From Asterias rubens (Eukaryota), in contig NC_047070.1 of assembly GCF_902459465.1 (NCBI RefSeq), positions 15,562,001 to 15,626,000 on the forward strand: DNA of 64,000 nucleotides, in the 5' to 3' direction. The notes beneath the pieces are model-generated. The model worked only from the letters and a program-made list of their open reading frames with translations. It searched no databases and had not been told where the DNA came from. This document shows, one piece after another, positions 46,949 through 59,945 of this stretch. A program made the translations under genes and the position numbers. Numbering within the stretch: the stretch's first letter is position 1; each line of letters opens with the position of its first letter.

Positions 46949-48968
46949 CGTCCACCGGACGGAAGTTCTGTTAAAGAAAAGGGAAAACACTGGTTAGCCT
47001 AATGGACACTATCACCACACCCAAGATGTCGTCAAATGACTGGTAAGTCCACAATATTCTTCCAAGAGTATGAGTGTATTCATATTTCATTTGTTTGTTA
47101 TTTGCTTGCACGGAGACTGCAGCTTTATAAGGGCTAGACAATTTTACTGATTCAAGCATTTTTAGTCAACTCGAACAAACTACAGATGCGTTATTGTTGT
47201 TAAGATCTACGCTGCACGCACGCGTGCCCATCATAAAACTTAGTTGATCATTTGTACCCATTCAAAACAAAAGACAGAAACAAAACATTCAAGCTCTAGC
47301 ATAAAGAGATGAAAACAACAACAACAACAAACACATGGTATCTAACCAGCAAAAGTGTATTATCTGCACAGTACAATCACTCCCTACTAATGGAAATGTC
47401 TTTGGTCGATGTTTCCAAAAACATGATGACAACATTTAACAAAGAAAACTCTATAATGGGTTTTGGTTAATAGCGTATTCCATCTCCGTAGCTCACGGGT
47501 GATGAACCGCTCTCCCCCGCAGCAATTTGCAGTCTGAAGAGCCCTTAATCCAATACACATTTTCCCCTGGTTAAAATCTGTCCAGGAGATTCGTATGTCT
47601 CGAGTGAATACACTTTTGTTCCCGGATAAATTAGACCGACTATGAGGCAGAATTTGTCAACAATTAGGCTAGTTTGGGTATCCATCTGTCTATGAGTAAG
47701 ATGAATGACCGTGAAGTGTTGTGAAATAGACCAACACATACTTCAACACCATGGCCTGATTCATCACAAGGGCAATCGTAAAAAAAAATTCTTGCAAGCC
47801 TCTAAAATTGTTAGAGCACCTTCAAGGACATGCTATATTAGTGGCGAATGTTTCAGTTGTGTCAAAATAAGCATTAAGATTGATTAACCTAAGTAGAGCA
47901 AGGACGCGGTCTCGCATCTTCAGAAGTATTGGGCATTGTGGCGTTGGAATGCGAATTCCTTTGAATATGGTATAAACCTATGCTGTCTTTACTAGTGGTT
48001 ACCATAATGGCAAAAACTTGTTAGCTATCGGCTCCAGATGAGGACCTGCAGATGTCATATGACGTCATGACACGGTTTATGTGCCGTTTTTAATGGAAAC
48101 CGTACAAGTAGATTACCACTTTATTGACCTTGAATAAAGTCATGGTTGTGAATGTTTCCAATTATTTTAATAAAATCAACCGTTATCATGTATTCATCTT
48201 GCTCGATTGAATAAATGGGTTGTATACAATCTCGAAGACACTTGTAAACCCATGATCTATAAAACATCATGAGATTATTTTTTAATCCGCTCCGATGTTG
48301 ACGTCTTGATATCCAATGATGCCTGAAACATATTTCTCTTTACTGTGAACGTCTTCGTGCCGATATTGTGATTTTGTGACTTCATCCAATTTGACTCGGT
48401 GAAGCAATCGGGGCGGAAACACCGTTTCACGGCGAGCTTTAACGTCGCCGTCCGGCCCCTTTATAGAAAGACCGCCGTAAGTACTTCTATATCACCATTT
48501 GTGGTTAATCCTCACTCTAGATGCGTTGCGGAATATTACATTAGTGGAAACACACTGATTCATTTTTTATTGCATATGGTTTAATAAATTGTGGCAAGTT
48601 GTATATACATTGCACTGTAATCCGTTTTAGACCAACACACTGTGTTATTTACACAGTTTGATTCTAGGCCTGTAAACAAAAGTCTGCTCTTGCGGTCTTA
48701 TGGATATTTCCCCCAAAATCAAGCCCTATATGCGCGTGTCTTGTAAACATGGCAAATGTGCATAAAGGCAAAATGTAGGTTGATGATAAGTTATGACTTG
48801 ATTGTGACATTATGATAAAGAGGATAAAAGAATAGGTATCGAGGTCTTAAATGGCCGTGTAGATCCGACAGGGTCGTGGCCGTACGATAAAGGACCAAGC
48901 CGAAGACGAGGTCCCTTATCGCATCAACGTTTGCCTTATATTTGCTCTTAAGCCGTTTTTCTGTCTTC

Positions 48969-49316
48969 TTAAAGGCACTGGAGACTTCTTATTACTCAAA
49001 ATAATTGTACGCCTAAAAACTTTCTTGGTAACGAGAAAATGTGAGAAACGGCTCCCTCTGAAATTAATACGTAGTTTTTGAAAAGATGAATGTGTTCACT
49101 CAAATATTAAAATACCCTAGGCCTGAAGCCTTTATTCGGCATCTGAAGCACATCAATTTGTGCAGCAATGTGTTTTTTGTTTCACTGTTCTCTTGCAAAT
49201 TCGATGACAAACCGAGTAAAAAATTTGCAGATTTGTTATTTTATGCACATATTGGGATACATCATGTGCGAATACTGGACTTTTACCATTACGAAAAATG
49301 GCGTCAGTGCCTTTAA
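48969..49316. mobile_element. Diverged TTAA-AGG MITE
   Basis: TTAA-AGGCACTG...CAGTGCCT-TTAA. Confidence 0.75.
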
Positions 49317-52300
49317 TTACCATCGTATATTCAAAATCACAATTGTCTCGAACTTGACGGCCTCCCAAATAAAACGAAATTATATGACATATTGATTTGT
49401 GACACATCAAAATAGGCTATCAGATTAAAAGATCGATCTGAAATGACTGTAGACAGTGGGGGCCAATTTGTATGTACTGTATTAGTCATACAAACGCACG
49501 GATTGTGGAAAACAACGAGACCACCACAAAGTTAAAGTTTAGCTTTTGATTTGCCCCTCTCGACACCTGTCAGCATTTAGCCAAACTATTTTGCAAAATA
49601 AATTCTTACTTATAAGAAGATAGGCCTTATTAATATGTATATATAGGATTTGAGGCATTGCATAATGTACTTTACTGTACCAACAAACAGTTATGTATAC
49701 TCGGGTATTCAACTCAGGCGGGATTCGAACCCTTGCATAAGACCTGATGATTCATTTGTGTATATGAAACCACATATATGTTGGTCTGTCTGTTCGTGAA
49801 GTTATTAAGGTGATACAATGTTAAATAAGAAGAAACACGTGATAAATACAGACGTCGTGGTGTACAAATACCCGATAGTCATTCAAATCAGTTATCACCG
49901 GAACAACCTCCATCAGATTTATCGTTTAGTTTTACCCCTAAAGGTTGTACAATGAAAACAGGTATCCAGTGTAATTGAATGCAGAACTTCACCTGCCAAA
50001 CGTCCGACTGGTCAAGCCCCCGAATATTTCGATCTAGCATTGATCACGAAGGATCAGAGTGTCCCCTTGTGATGGCACCGAAGCTGTAGAGGTACATGTA
50101 CAACCCCGGACGAAACGAATCAATAGTGACACTACTCGCAGTTAAATTGATTTAGCCGAGCCGCAGCCGCAGGCGTGAACATTATTGTGCCGCTACCGAA
50201 CACGATTGAGGAGTTTTTCTAGCTTGCCCAAATAACTTCAGGACGAATGCTTTCGAGAATAATCGCCTGAACAAAAAGCAACAACCTTGATTGATTTATA
50301 ATCAGTAGAAGAGGTTCCTTGTCACTTCCCATTCGCTTAGAATGGAGACAATTTCAAAACGAGACTCGAGATTCAACCCAATATTGTTGGAATTGCACTT
50401 TTTTAAATCGAACTTTCATCTTTTTCATACCGATTCGAAATAATTACGGAAAGGCGAGGTGTTTGAAATTTCATACACCGAGATGTGTCCGTTTTTTTAC
50501 ATGATTGGTTTTTACCATGCCACCTGATCGGTTTAGTATTTGAAAGACTGGAGGCAAAGGCGCACGCGCAATGAACGAAGCGCAATTAATCGCCAAAGGG
50601 GGTCATTTAATGTCGAGCCATTGCTTGGTAATTTTGTTTTAACCTCATCACCTTTAAACTCTTTAACTACCTGTAAATCAGTAGTACCATTTATCAAATA
50701 TAAACATAGCTGCATTTAAGTTGGTATAACAGAAAATTATCAACATGGAAATTGACCCTCAAAGTGTATGCGCCCGTCATTTGGCATTCCCGGATCCGCC
50801 CTGCTGAACGAAATATTATTAGTAATGCTTTATTTTGGTCTGATGTTTAATTGTTACAATTAGTAACTTTATTATGACGAAATCCATAACGAGTTTATAG
50901 GATCACTCTCGCAAGCTTTTCCAAACACAACTTGCTTAACACCAGCTTCTTTGCTGGAATCCACACTTGAAGAAATGCAAAATGAAAACCAATTAATTGA
51001 ATTTACTATTTCTAAAGGCGATGACATTTTCGTAAATTTTCTAAGCACTTCACGGGAGACAAGGAGGCTTGCATACTCTAAGATTTTAATCCACAATGTT
51101 TTTCAAGAGAGGATCCAATATCCAGTATAGATTGATATGCGGTCTTATATTTCCTCCATCTTCAAATTGCTGGGGATCAGTTGAACCAATACAGATTGTT
51201 TGTTTTTGATGCAACAATCTAATTCCAGTAGCTCCTGCAACAATATTCAAGACTGAATTCATAAACTCAGTTGCTTCAGGTTTTCAGATATTTTCATACA
51301 AATCACAATATGATTCTTGGGAGGTTGCAGTCCTTATAGAAAGTCAAAGTTAACTCTGGTTTATTATTTAGATTGCGGATCTCATTGAAAAAAAACACAA
51401 TGTACCCTGCGTAACGATATGTAAATGATAAATCAAGGCTCTTTTTTAAAGAATTTCACATTTTCAGCTTACCGCACCCTTTACTTTTAAATAGTTGTTT
51501 CAGCTTTGTTTACAATGAAATGTAAAAGGGTGCCTTTTGTCCGAATCAATTGAAAACCCACTTCAGATGATGGATTTATTTTATACTTGAGACGTTAGAA
51601 ATGTTCAACCTTTTCAAACTGCAGGTTAATTTCATTGTTACATTCAAATGGCTTCATTGTAAATCAAAATCCAATCGACGTCAAAATGTAGCTTTCTGTT
51701 ACGGCAATTCTTACACTGCAAAACGATCTCGGAAGAGCAATTTTGACTTCTGACTTATGTAACTGTATCTAAACAAAAAATGCATTCGAAGTCCGGGTTC
51801 GTCATTATACTAAAACCGCTCAAAAATAACACAACATTAAGTAATTTTCTCTCATCTTCAAGTCTTTCTAGTCACTGTCAAATCTACACACTCATTTAAA
51901 CACAAGTATGGAACGGAAGCGGCGTAAAACTATTGAAGAAAATATCAAAAGGCAATTTCAATTATAGTTTTGAAGAACATAATTTAATTTCTACGGACTT
52001 TTATTGGCCATCCAAGGAAACCGTCCTTGAATAGATAAAGGGATGGAGGCCATTTTTAAGTGGGCACTTTGGCTTATTGAATACTTGAGGCATCTCAATG
52101 GATGACTGTCTTTGTTCATCCACGTTCGAAGTTGTCCTCGTTTAAAGACACCGAAGTCACAAATAATTGTATTGTAAGCCGGCATGTATCGTTGCACTCA
52201 TTTCTTAAAATTTGTATTCTTAGTTCGTGTATCTCCCTCGAATTCCAATGAAAGTCACAGAAATAAACTACTTTTTGTAATAGTTTATAGTTCGATGCTG

Positions 52301-53328
52301 TGTCGACTTTTATAATCAATAATCAACAATCATCAGAGTGGTATTAGCTCTTTTCGATTGATTAATGCAAAAAAAAAAAAAAAATAACTTCACTAATTTC
52401 CCCTTTGATTTATATACAAGTTTGATTTATATACAAGTTTTGTTGTTTGATTACATCGAATAACAACCACAACACTAACAAAAAGATAGGAAAGATTTGT
52501 AGAGAAAATATTAAACAACACAATATCGCTTTGAAAGCGTTCCAAAGAAGCATTTTATGAAAGGGAAGTGACGAATTGTGACGTGAATTCGTCGCTAGAG
52601 CCCATTTTCGGCAATGTAATTTAATCCGCGGTAATTCATGAACAGGAATACAACACGCGTTAAGATTTCTCAAACCGACTGGAACTAATATCAGTGCCAC
52701 CTTTAGTCACAGAAAAAATACTTATTTGATAAAAAATGCAATTGATTGCCTTCACGGTGTCCCCCCCCCCCCCGATTTATTATATCCATGTATTTCTAAA
52801 CCAATCTATGGGGTTCATACAAAACCTACCAAACGTGAACCAAACCAATTAACGTCGATTCAAACTACAATACTCTACCATTTGTATGAACTCTTTCTAA
52901 AATTTTGTCTTCAAAGTCTTACATCACTCCTTTGTCCGTCTTAAGATAGATAATGAAAAAGTTTGACCTTAAATTATTATTCACAGACCCATAAAACAAA
53001 CTTGACCCATTTCACAAATGGAAAGAATATCGTTTAAATTGAACAAAGAAGTTACATTAATATTCTTTCTGAAACCGTATAACACGCGTTACTAATATTA
53101 AAACAAACCAAGAAAAAAACGCCCGCGAATTTTGTTCCACTGTTATAAAAACTAACAAACACACACAAATATGTAATAACGAATATTAGTTATTGGTGAG
53201 GCAATAATAATGATAGCACATTTGTTGGGTTTGACGTTGATATTTGTACCGTACACATAAGCTGTGGATTTTTTGTTCCGTAAAACATAACAATTAAAAC
53301 ATTTAAATTGAAATGTGGATTTTCTTAC

Positions 53329-53480
53329 CTGTGGAATATCCTTGGACAACTTTTCTCTTCACAACAGGTTATTCAATAAACGTATCTGAGCCAATTGATG
53401 ATGAAGTCGTTATCAATCGCGTACTCTCGCAAAAAAACCAGCGATCGTCCCTCAATCTCGTCTGCTGATCGTAGTACTGT
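53329..53480 (-). other. Probable non-coding first exon of the asterotocin gene (5' boundary approximate)
   Basis: Strong donor CCACAG|GTAAGA at 53328 just downstream of a motif-dense promoter. The next minus-strand acceptor leading into a CDS is at 46967. Confidence 0.5.
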
Positions 53481-53489
53481 GTGTCGGGC

Positions 53490-53585
53490 ATGCACCAATC
53501 ACCACACGTCATGCCAAACTTCTTATCTTATAGAGCTGCCATTGCTACTCACGTGACCACCACCCGTGTCGTTTGATTGGTTGTT
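53490..53585 (-). promoter_or_regulatory. Putative asterotocin promoter
   Basis: CCAAT (53576-53580 and 53495-53499), E-box CACGTG (53550-53555), TATAA (53528-53532) and CRE-like TGACGT (53506-53511). Confidence 0.5.
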
Positions 53586-54389
53586 ATATTATAGTCTGGA
53601 GGCGGGTTGACGTGGTGTTGTCCATAGGGGTGACGGCATGAGTTGTTTCCTGTGTTTGTTATGGTTCTTTGGATTCCCGCCATCTCTATTCCGGAAGGTC
53701 CAGCGTGTCCGCGTCGTAATGACGTTGTTTACTTCAAGTTCATAACTGATTGAATTGGTTTTGGTTCTTCTGATGAAATTAGATTCATTAATATTGGAAA
53801 TAGAACTGACACGATGACACTCTCTAAACAAAGATGGTTAATTGCTTTATTAAATGCAAATAAGAGAAACAGGAAACCAATATTTTGGGGATTCGCCAAA
53901 GTTCCTGCGTAATACTAAAGTCTAACATCACTAAATATAGATTTTGATTAGTGAGGACTGCTTAATTATGACAGGAAGGAATCTAATATCTTTGGTGAAA
54001 CAAACAGCTTTTCCAAAACAACTTTATTAAACAAGAGATGCATGTTTATTAGAGTAATATATTGTGCGTCCACACATTTTTATTATGATAGTTATCGTAT
54101 AGTCCCCTTTCTGGTATGACCATCACACGCTATAGCTTTCTCTCTCATCTTAAGACCACTATAAACCACGTTCAAAATAACAAATTAAATGGATTTCCGT
54201 GTAAAAACTAAAATTCTCAATCAATTATTCTTTACTAGATCCCAATAAAGAGTAATCTAAATGCTCGCAAACAGTAATAACACTGTACCATTAAAAACTG
54301 TACACTAAATGACTGTATATACAACTAAAAGGATTACCACTGCAAGAGAAAGTATTTATATAGTTTGTAGTCCTTCATGAAAATCTCAC

Positions 54390-57384
54390 CAATCAACTGT
54401 CCAGAGTCGTGGGTTCACAGCCGTCACTAACTCAGCTGTTAAATTGTGTATGTCAAAGTACTGTGATTTCGTAGATCCAGTCACTGAGTAGGTAACAGTA
54501 AACCTAGTTTATTACAGAGTTCTGACCAAGTCTTCGTTATCCATGACAACATTTTCTAAAGCACCCATTTCCAGAAACATAACACCTGGTGACATAGATA
54601 TCAGAACATGTGTATGTTTTTATTTCGATTTAATGAAAGGTTGTGTAAAGTATACCTAGCTGACACACATGATCGAAATCATTTGGAGATGATGCCAAGG
54701 AGATTTCGGTTTCACGTATTCCTTCACTCAATAACCCACATTGATTTGTACTCTCAGGCAAAACAACGATCACAACATTGTATGCTCCTCTGCATATGTT
54801 TGTTGTAGCCTTTACAGACATGTGTAGAATATTCTCTATAGATCCAAATCCAGATAACTGGGCATCGTATCATTCAAGAAAACTTGCTATAATATCACGA
54901 GGAAGAGTTTGGCACTAAAGCATACATGTTATTCATTAAGATAACTGAAATATATTTAATCCAGTATGCAGTTTACCAATGTGCCAGCATACCAATTTTA
55001 ATTCCAGTTAATTATACAATCCAGTCAGTTAAAAACAACCTATTTTTTAAAATGGTTGGAATATATTAGAGAAAATACTATCCGTTAGGGTCAACGTCAA
55101 TCAATTGAAAGATGAATTTCACAAGAATCTACGGTCAGAAATAACTAATTAAAATTGTCTGAAGTGACAAGAAGAGCAAATTATCTTAGGGTGAAGACCT
55201 TTCAATGGGAATAGTTGGTTAGTAAGAAACACCTGTTTCTTGATGTGCAGTATTTGGTTACAGGTTTTAAAAGGGATTTCCATTTTATCTGATTATATCA
55301 TCCCTACTAACTAGAAATAGTACAGCATTCGGAGTACTCAACTTTCGAAAAGCAGAAAACAAGCCAAAAACTTGTTTAATGTTGTTGATTGTGTACATCT
55401 GGAATATTACCAATAATCATACTGGATGATTTCTTCTTAAAATAATGGGATTGGGTTTAAAATTTCCCTTTAATTACATGTAAATGATATTGTTCCAAGT
55501 TTTGTTCACATGTGTGTTCACACGTGGTCACACACCGATCAAAACCTTTTTACGCAAATCCACTGTTTTAATCATGAAAGGTCGAAGTTATCTGACTTCG
55601 TTTTTCAGACCACAAATCGTCGTAAAAATAAAATACTCTAGATTCGACAAGACTCTGTATGTAAATTGTCTCTAGGGAAAGTGTGTGTTAAAGGAGGTGT
55701 TGGTATCGAGTTACAAAATATGACATCCATTGTCAAGGGATTCTATTTTAGTCCGAAGAGATTTTTCCTTTTTAAAGTAACTGCTTTAATTTCAAACCAG
55801 ATTAGCGTTACACAGCTTTCGTTTAAAACTAAGAAATGGGAGTTAGCATCTATAACATTTCACCACACAAACATTTGTGAGTGCAAGAAAAGCATTTATC
55901 TTTTCAATTTAAAGCTTTGTTTTTCTACCTCCAGACTATCAAACCTTGAAATAATTTCTGAAATTGAAAACTGTGTTCCATTGTCATTGACACCGGGGTA
56001 GAATTTGTGTTAAAAACCAGCCTTCTCCTGTTCTGAAAATATATAAACCGGGAACTCGTGTTTTATTAAATTAGATTTGAAATTAAATACCCAATTAAGT
56101 CTGCTATTTGATTAGAACTAAAAAGGTTCTATCCCACAAAATACCTAAAAGGTTTCATATACGAGATGTACTATTGAAATTGAAATAGGCAAGACCTTGT
56201 TTATAACGTCATGAATGATGTCAGAAAGGTCGGGTTTTCGAGAACGTATTACCATTGTCTTAAAACAATGAAACGTTCTTTTAAGAATGTATTCCTGGAA
56301 AGCAACTCTTAATGAAAGTGTTCCCTTTGTGACGTAAGGTAAGAGTCATAACAATGAATACATGGCTCGTTTCATCCTAACATGTTTGACCTCGACAAGA
56401 CAATGCGCATTATATGAAGTATTTCGTAATTAATTTACTCAAAACAAAATTTTTATCAAACTCTAAATTATACCAATGACGTTTACATTGGTTTATCAGA
56501 TTTTGCTTTTTAAATATATGACATCAATTTGGTTTATTTTGTTGTTGTTCAGCATTATCTGTTTATCGGCACTACTCCTCTGTAGTTTCATCCCAAGTCT
56601 CAGTAGTCAAGCATGTTAAACAGAAAATTAGTTATGACCCCATCCCTTCTCATTAACAAATAGCTTGGAATTATTTCATCACAATTTGGTGGTTTCAGGT
56701 AATTAAGTTTTCAAGGAAGATCGTGATTCGAAAATGATATTATTCTCTTCTATAAAAAGCCCAATTGTTCCCAACAGTACCATTTGCCTATCTCTCAAAT
56801 TGAGTGTGGTGTAAATATTATTTCTTTATCTATCAGACTACAATGTTAGATCTTTATCTGGTGGAGAGTAAATTAATATAAAATATGTTTATCCACTAAA
56901 ATGTATATAATAGCTTTGCAATTGATGTTACAGATTTTGCAAACAGTAAAGTTTCTTTACGCATCTATGTATAATCGAAAATATCATAGTTCACCATTTT
57001 TGTGAAATACTGATGATAAAACATGAACTACATTGACTTGTAATTCCTGGCGGTATATTTCTGCATCGAGATGAATGCCCCGAAACAAGTTCTTAATTAA
57101 CTACCTCGGATATGAATTCTCTGAGAGCCGACCAAGATTGCAGGTATCTAATTAAACGAACCACTAACAGGTCAAATCCATACGCATCTATTTAGGAACC
57201 AAGAGGTCTACACAAGCCTCACTACAATGGTTGTTGTATCACTGTATCTCCCATTGTATAACTGTAATTATGTACAAACAGTGAAGATTTTTCCATCTTC
57301 ACTCTGAAATTCTGGTTAAAAATCAGGAACTGCATGATGTTGTTCAGGCGATTGTTATGAGTGTGATGTGGATTCCTTTTCAAT
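54390..57384 (-). pseudogene. Decayed cadherin-repeat gene
   Basis: Exon-like blocks with splice sites carry cadherin motifs broken by stops and frameshifts: DGVIT..LDY/ET (56596-56611, +1 nt), VNDNGTQF (VNDN at 55980-55991), TVTYSVTG..YFDI...TAEL (54390-54585, internal TAA TAA) and DGKIFT..NGRYSDTTTIVVRLV (~57220-57384). Confidence 0.55.
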
Positions 57385-58514
57385 CTGAAATAAGACATGT
57401 CAATACTGGTGCAAGTTTGGGGTGTCCGCCCCTTATATTTTGACAACTCATGAAACAAACAAACAACAAGTAAAAGGCTAAGTAGATAAGAGTTAGAGTT
57501 AGGTTTAGAAAAACAAAATCAATCAATGTGTCAGAACGAAGGGGTGTTGAAACATTAGAATGTCATAACAGTGTGCCCTCCCTAAATTGTACCCGCCCTC
57601 CTGTTTGTCTTGACTACCAACCTGAATTAGTTGATTCTGTCCTTAACTTGTCGATACTGTCCACTTAGAAAATTAAGATAATTTAACAGAAGCTTCACTT
57701 TTTAAGAGACTTCGTAAAGTGTTCTATGATTTCAGTTAAATACTTATAATTACTGTTTCATTTGTTGGCGTTGATGTGACGTGTGTTACGCAAAATTGTG
57801 TCCGACGGTGACGATTAAGTCCGACATCATTTTTGAACCATTGTGTCCGCCCCATTGTGTCCGTAGAACCATTGTGTCCGCCCCATTGTGTCCTACAAAC
57901 CATTGTGTCCGACCCATTGTGTCCGTAGAACCATTGTGTCCGACCCATTGTGTCCTACAAACCATTGTGTCCGACCCATTATGTCCGCCCCATTGTGTCC
58001 TACAAACCATTGTGTCCGACCCATTATGTCCGCCCCATTGTGTCCTATAAACCATTGTGTCCGCCCCATTATGTCCTATAAAACCAATGTGTCCGCCTCA
58101 TTGTGTCCGAATTTCGCCAGGTTATGTCTGATGAAACATGTTCGACACACGTTGTTGTTTAAGTTAGTCAACGCCGATTGGATTTCTTTGAGATAAGTCA
58201 ATATTTTTTTATGGGCCCCAAAATCCCCAAAAGACTTGACCAGTGTTTTGCTAATAGTATTTTTTGAAACATGTGGCTAAAAGAAACTGTTTTTGTTTTT
58301 GTTTCCCTATCACATAATGTGACCTGCTTTGCAAAAGCTGCTGTTATGTCGCAATTTTTGATGTATACGTGGAGTGGCAAGGGCTTAATTCAGTTTCAAT
58401 TTGGTGTAGGTTATAGAAGTTTTTGTAGCATCTTGCCATTCCAAATTATACCACAACTTGCATTCAATTGTTTCAAACCAAGTTCTTATGATTATCCCTA
58501 TCTAGCCACGGCTA

Positions 58515-58943
58515 GTGTCGTGTCGTGGCCGAGCGGTTGAGAGTACCGGATTCAAACTCTGGTGTTTCTGATCAGCAGGGTGTGGGTTCGAATCCCTAGC
58601 CGTGACACTTGTGTCCTTAAGCAAGACACTTTACCATTGCTTCGTCCTTCGGATGGGACGTAAAGCCGTTGGTCCCATGTGTTGTGTAACGCATGTAAAA
58701 TAACCCAGTGCACTTATCGAAAAGAGAAGGGGTTCGCCCCGGTGTTACTGGTTGTGGCTGCTTCATGCGCCGTAGCACCTAGCACCTTGTAAACCCTTAT
58801 AAGTGCTACATAATTGGGTCTCAGAATCCATCACTGCAATAACCTATCTTTCTGACAGTTTGTATATACTAGGCGCCTTGAGTACCTTGTTTGGTAGATA
58901 CGTGCGCTATATAAGACTTCGATATTATTTTATTATATTATTT
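58515..58943 (+). mobile_element. Near full-length CORE-like tRNA-derived SINE
   Basis: A box GTGGCCGAGCGG, B box GGTTCGAATCCC, core GTGTCCTTAAGCAAGACACTT and a (TTA)-like tail. Confidence 0.85.
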
Positions 58944-59792
58944 TCCCATTAGATTATTCATCTAAACCTTTCACAAATTGAATGTTATGAATTTGTAATG
59001 TCAACATTGTGAACTTATACAAAGCCGCGAGGACATGACCAAATAAATCCGTAGCGACAAATTAATGCCAAATACCCACAGCAATATTTACCTGTGGCAA
59101 CGAAAGCTTTTTTTTTCGGTACCACGTCTGGCAATGTATGTCCCTTGGCGATCCCCAGAGCGGTCTGTTCTCCCTCGGCATCATCTAGGGAAAATAGAGC
59201 GCTTTCTAAGCAATTCACATTAATTATTCAAAATTTGTTCAGACATACTTTGGTGAAAACAACTTTGTTGAAAGCATTATCCATGTTGGAGTTTCGCTTG
59301 GCTTCTTGCAACCAGCCAGACTCACGTTGTAAACAGTTTACCTCCTATTGGTTAAAAAATGTTCTTTACATCAATATGTAATTTGCTAACTACAAAAGCC
59401 TCCCTTAATAATTGAGAGTCGCTGAAAGCATTTGTACATTAATTAGGATGACAGCATTGTCCTTGTTTGAGTTACGCTTGACTTGTTGAAATTAGTCAAA
59501 CTCACTTTTAGGCAAATTATCTCTTATTATCTATTCGTCTTACCTTGAGCGAAAATTAAAAGTTAATCTAAAGTTAAAGGTCTGTAGTTTTAACCCTAGC
59601 AGAGTCTTTCGCTGGGGCTACATGCCCCGGTTGGAGCTATGCTCGACAGTCTCCTGACGATGGCAAGATCAGGCTAGTATAAACGCTGGGACCAATTTAA
59701 GAACCCAATCCACGGCAGTGTTACTATAGTTAATAACGATCATATAGGCTAAAGTAGTAGTCCCAGCCAATTTTCTATACCTTCTTCTCATC

Positions 59793-59945
59793 AGGGCCCA
59801 ATTTCATAGAGCTGCTTAAGCACAAAATTTGCTTAAGCACGGAAATAGCTTGCTTATTTTATACATGTTACTGGACAAAATTTCATGACATATACATTGC
59901 TTGTGACTGGTAGTTAGCTGTTGTTTACTTAGCATAACAATTGAG
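59793..59945. mobile_element. Harbinger-type MITE (partial)
   Basis: CAG-GGCCCAATTTCATAGAGCTGCTTAAGCAC start; homologous to 12939 and 19166. Confidence 0.7.

Noticed and set aside
47124-47129. TATAAA on the minus strand ~180 bp above the asterotocin ATG
   Set aside because: A clear branch point and acceptor lie between it and the ATG, no good donor follows it, and upstream ATGs would be included. The distal promoter fits better.
53589-53831. 80-aa minus-strand ORF as a last exon of the cadherin-like gene
   Set aside because: Splicing from 54390 would create TGA at the junction, there are no recognisable motifs, and it overlaps the GC-richer promoter region.
58120-58155. CTGATGA-AACATGTT-CGACAC as a hammerhead
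   Set aside because: GAC instead of the essential GAA, and no stem I/III pairing.
58515-58600. tRNA gene (also the heads at 15210, 17700, 21080)
   Set aside because: A/B boxes are present, but they continue into SINE bodies and lack a complete cloverleaf.
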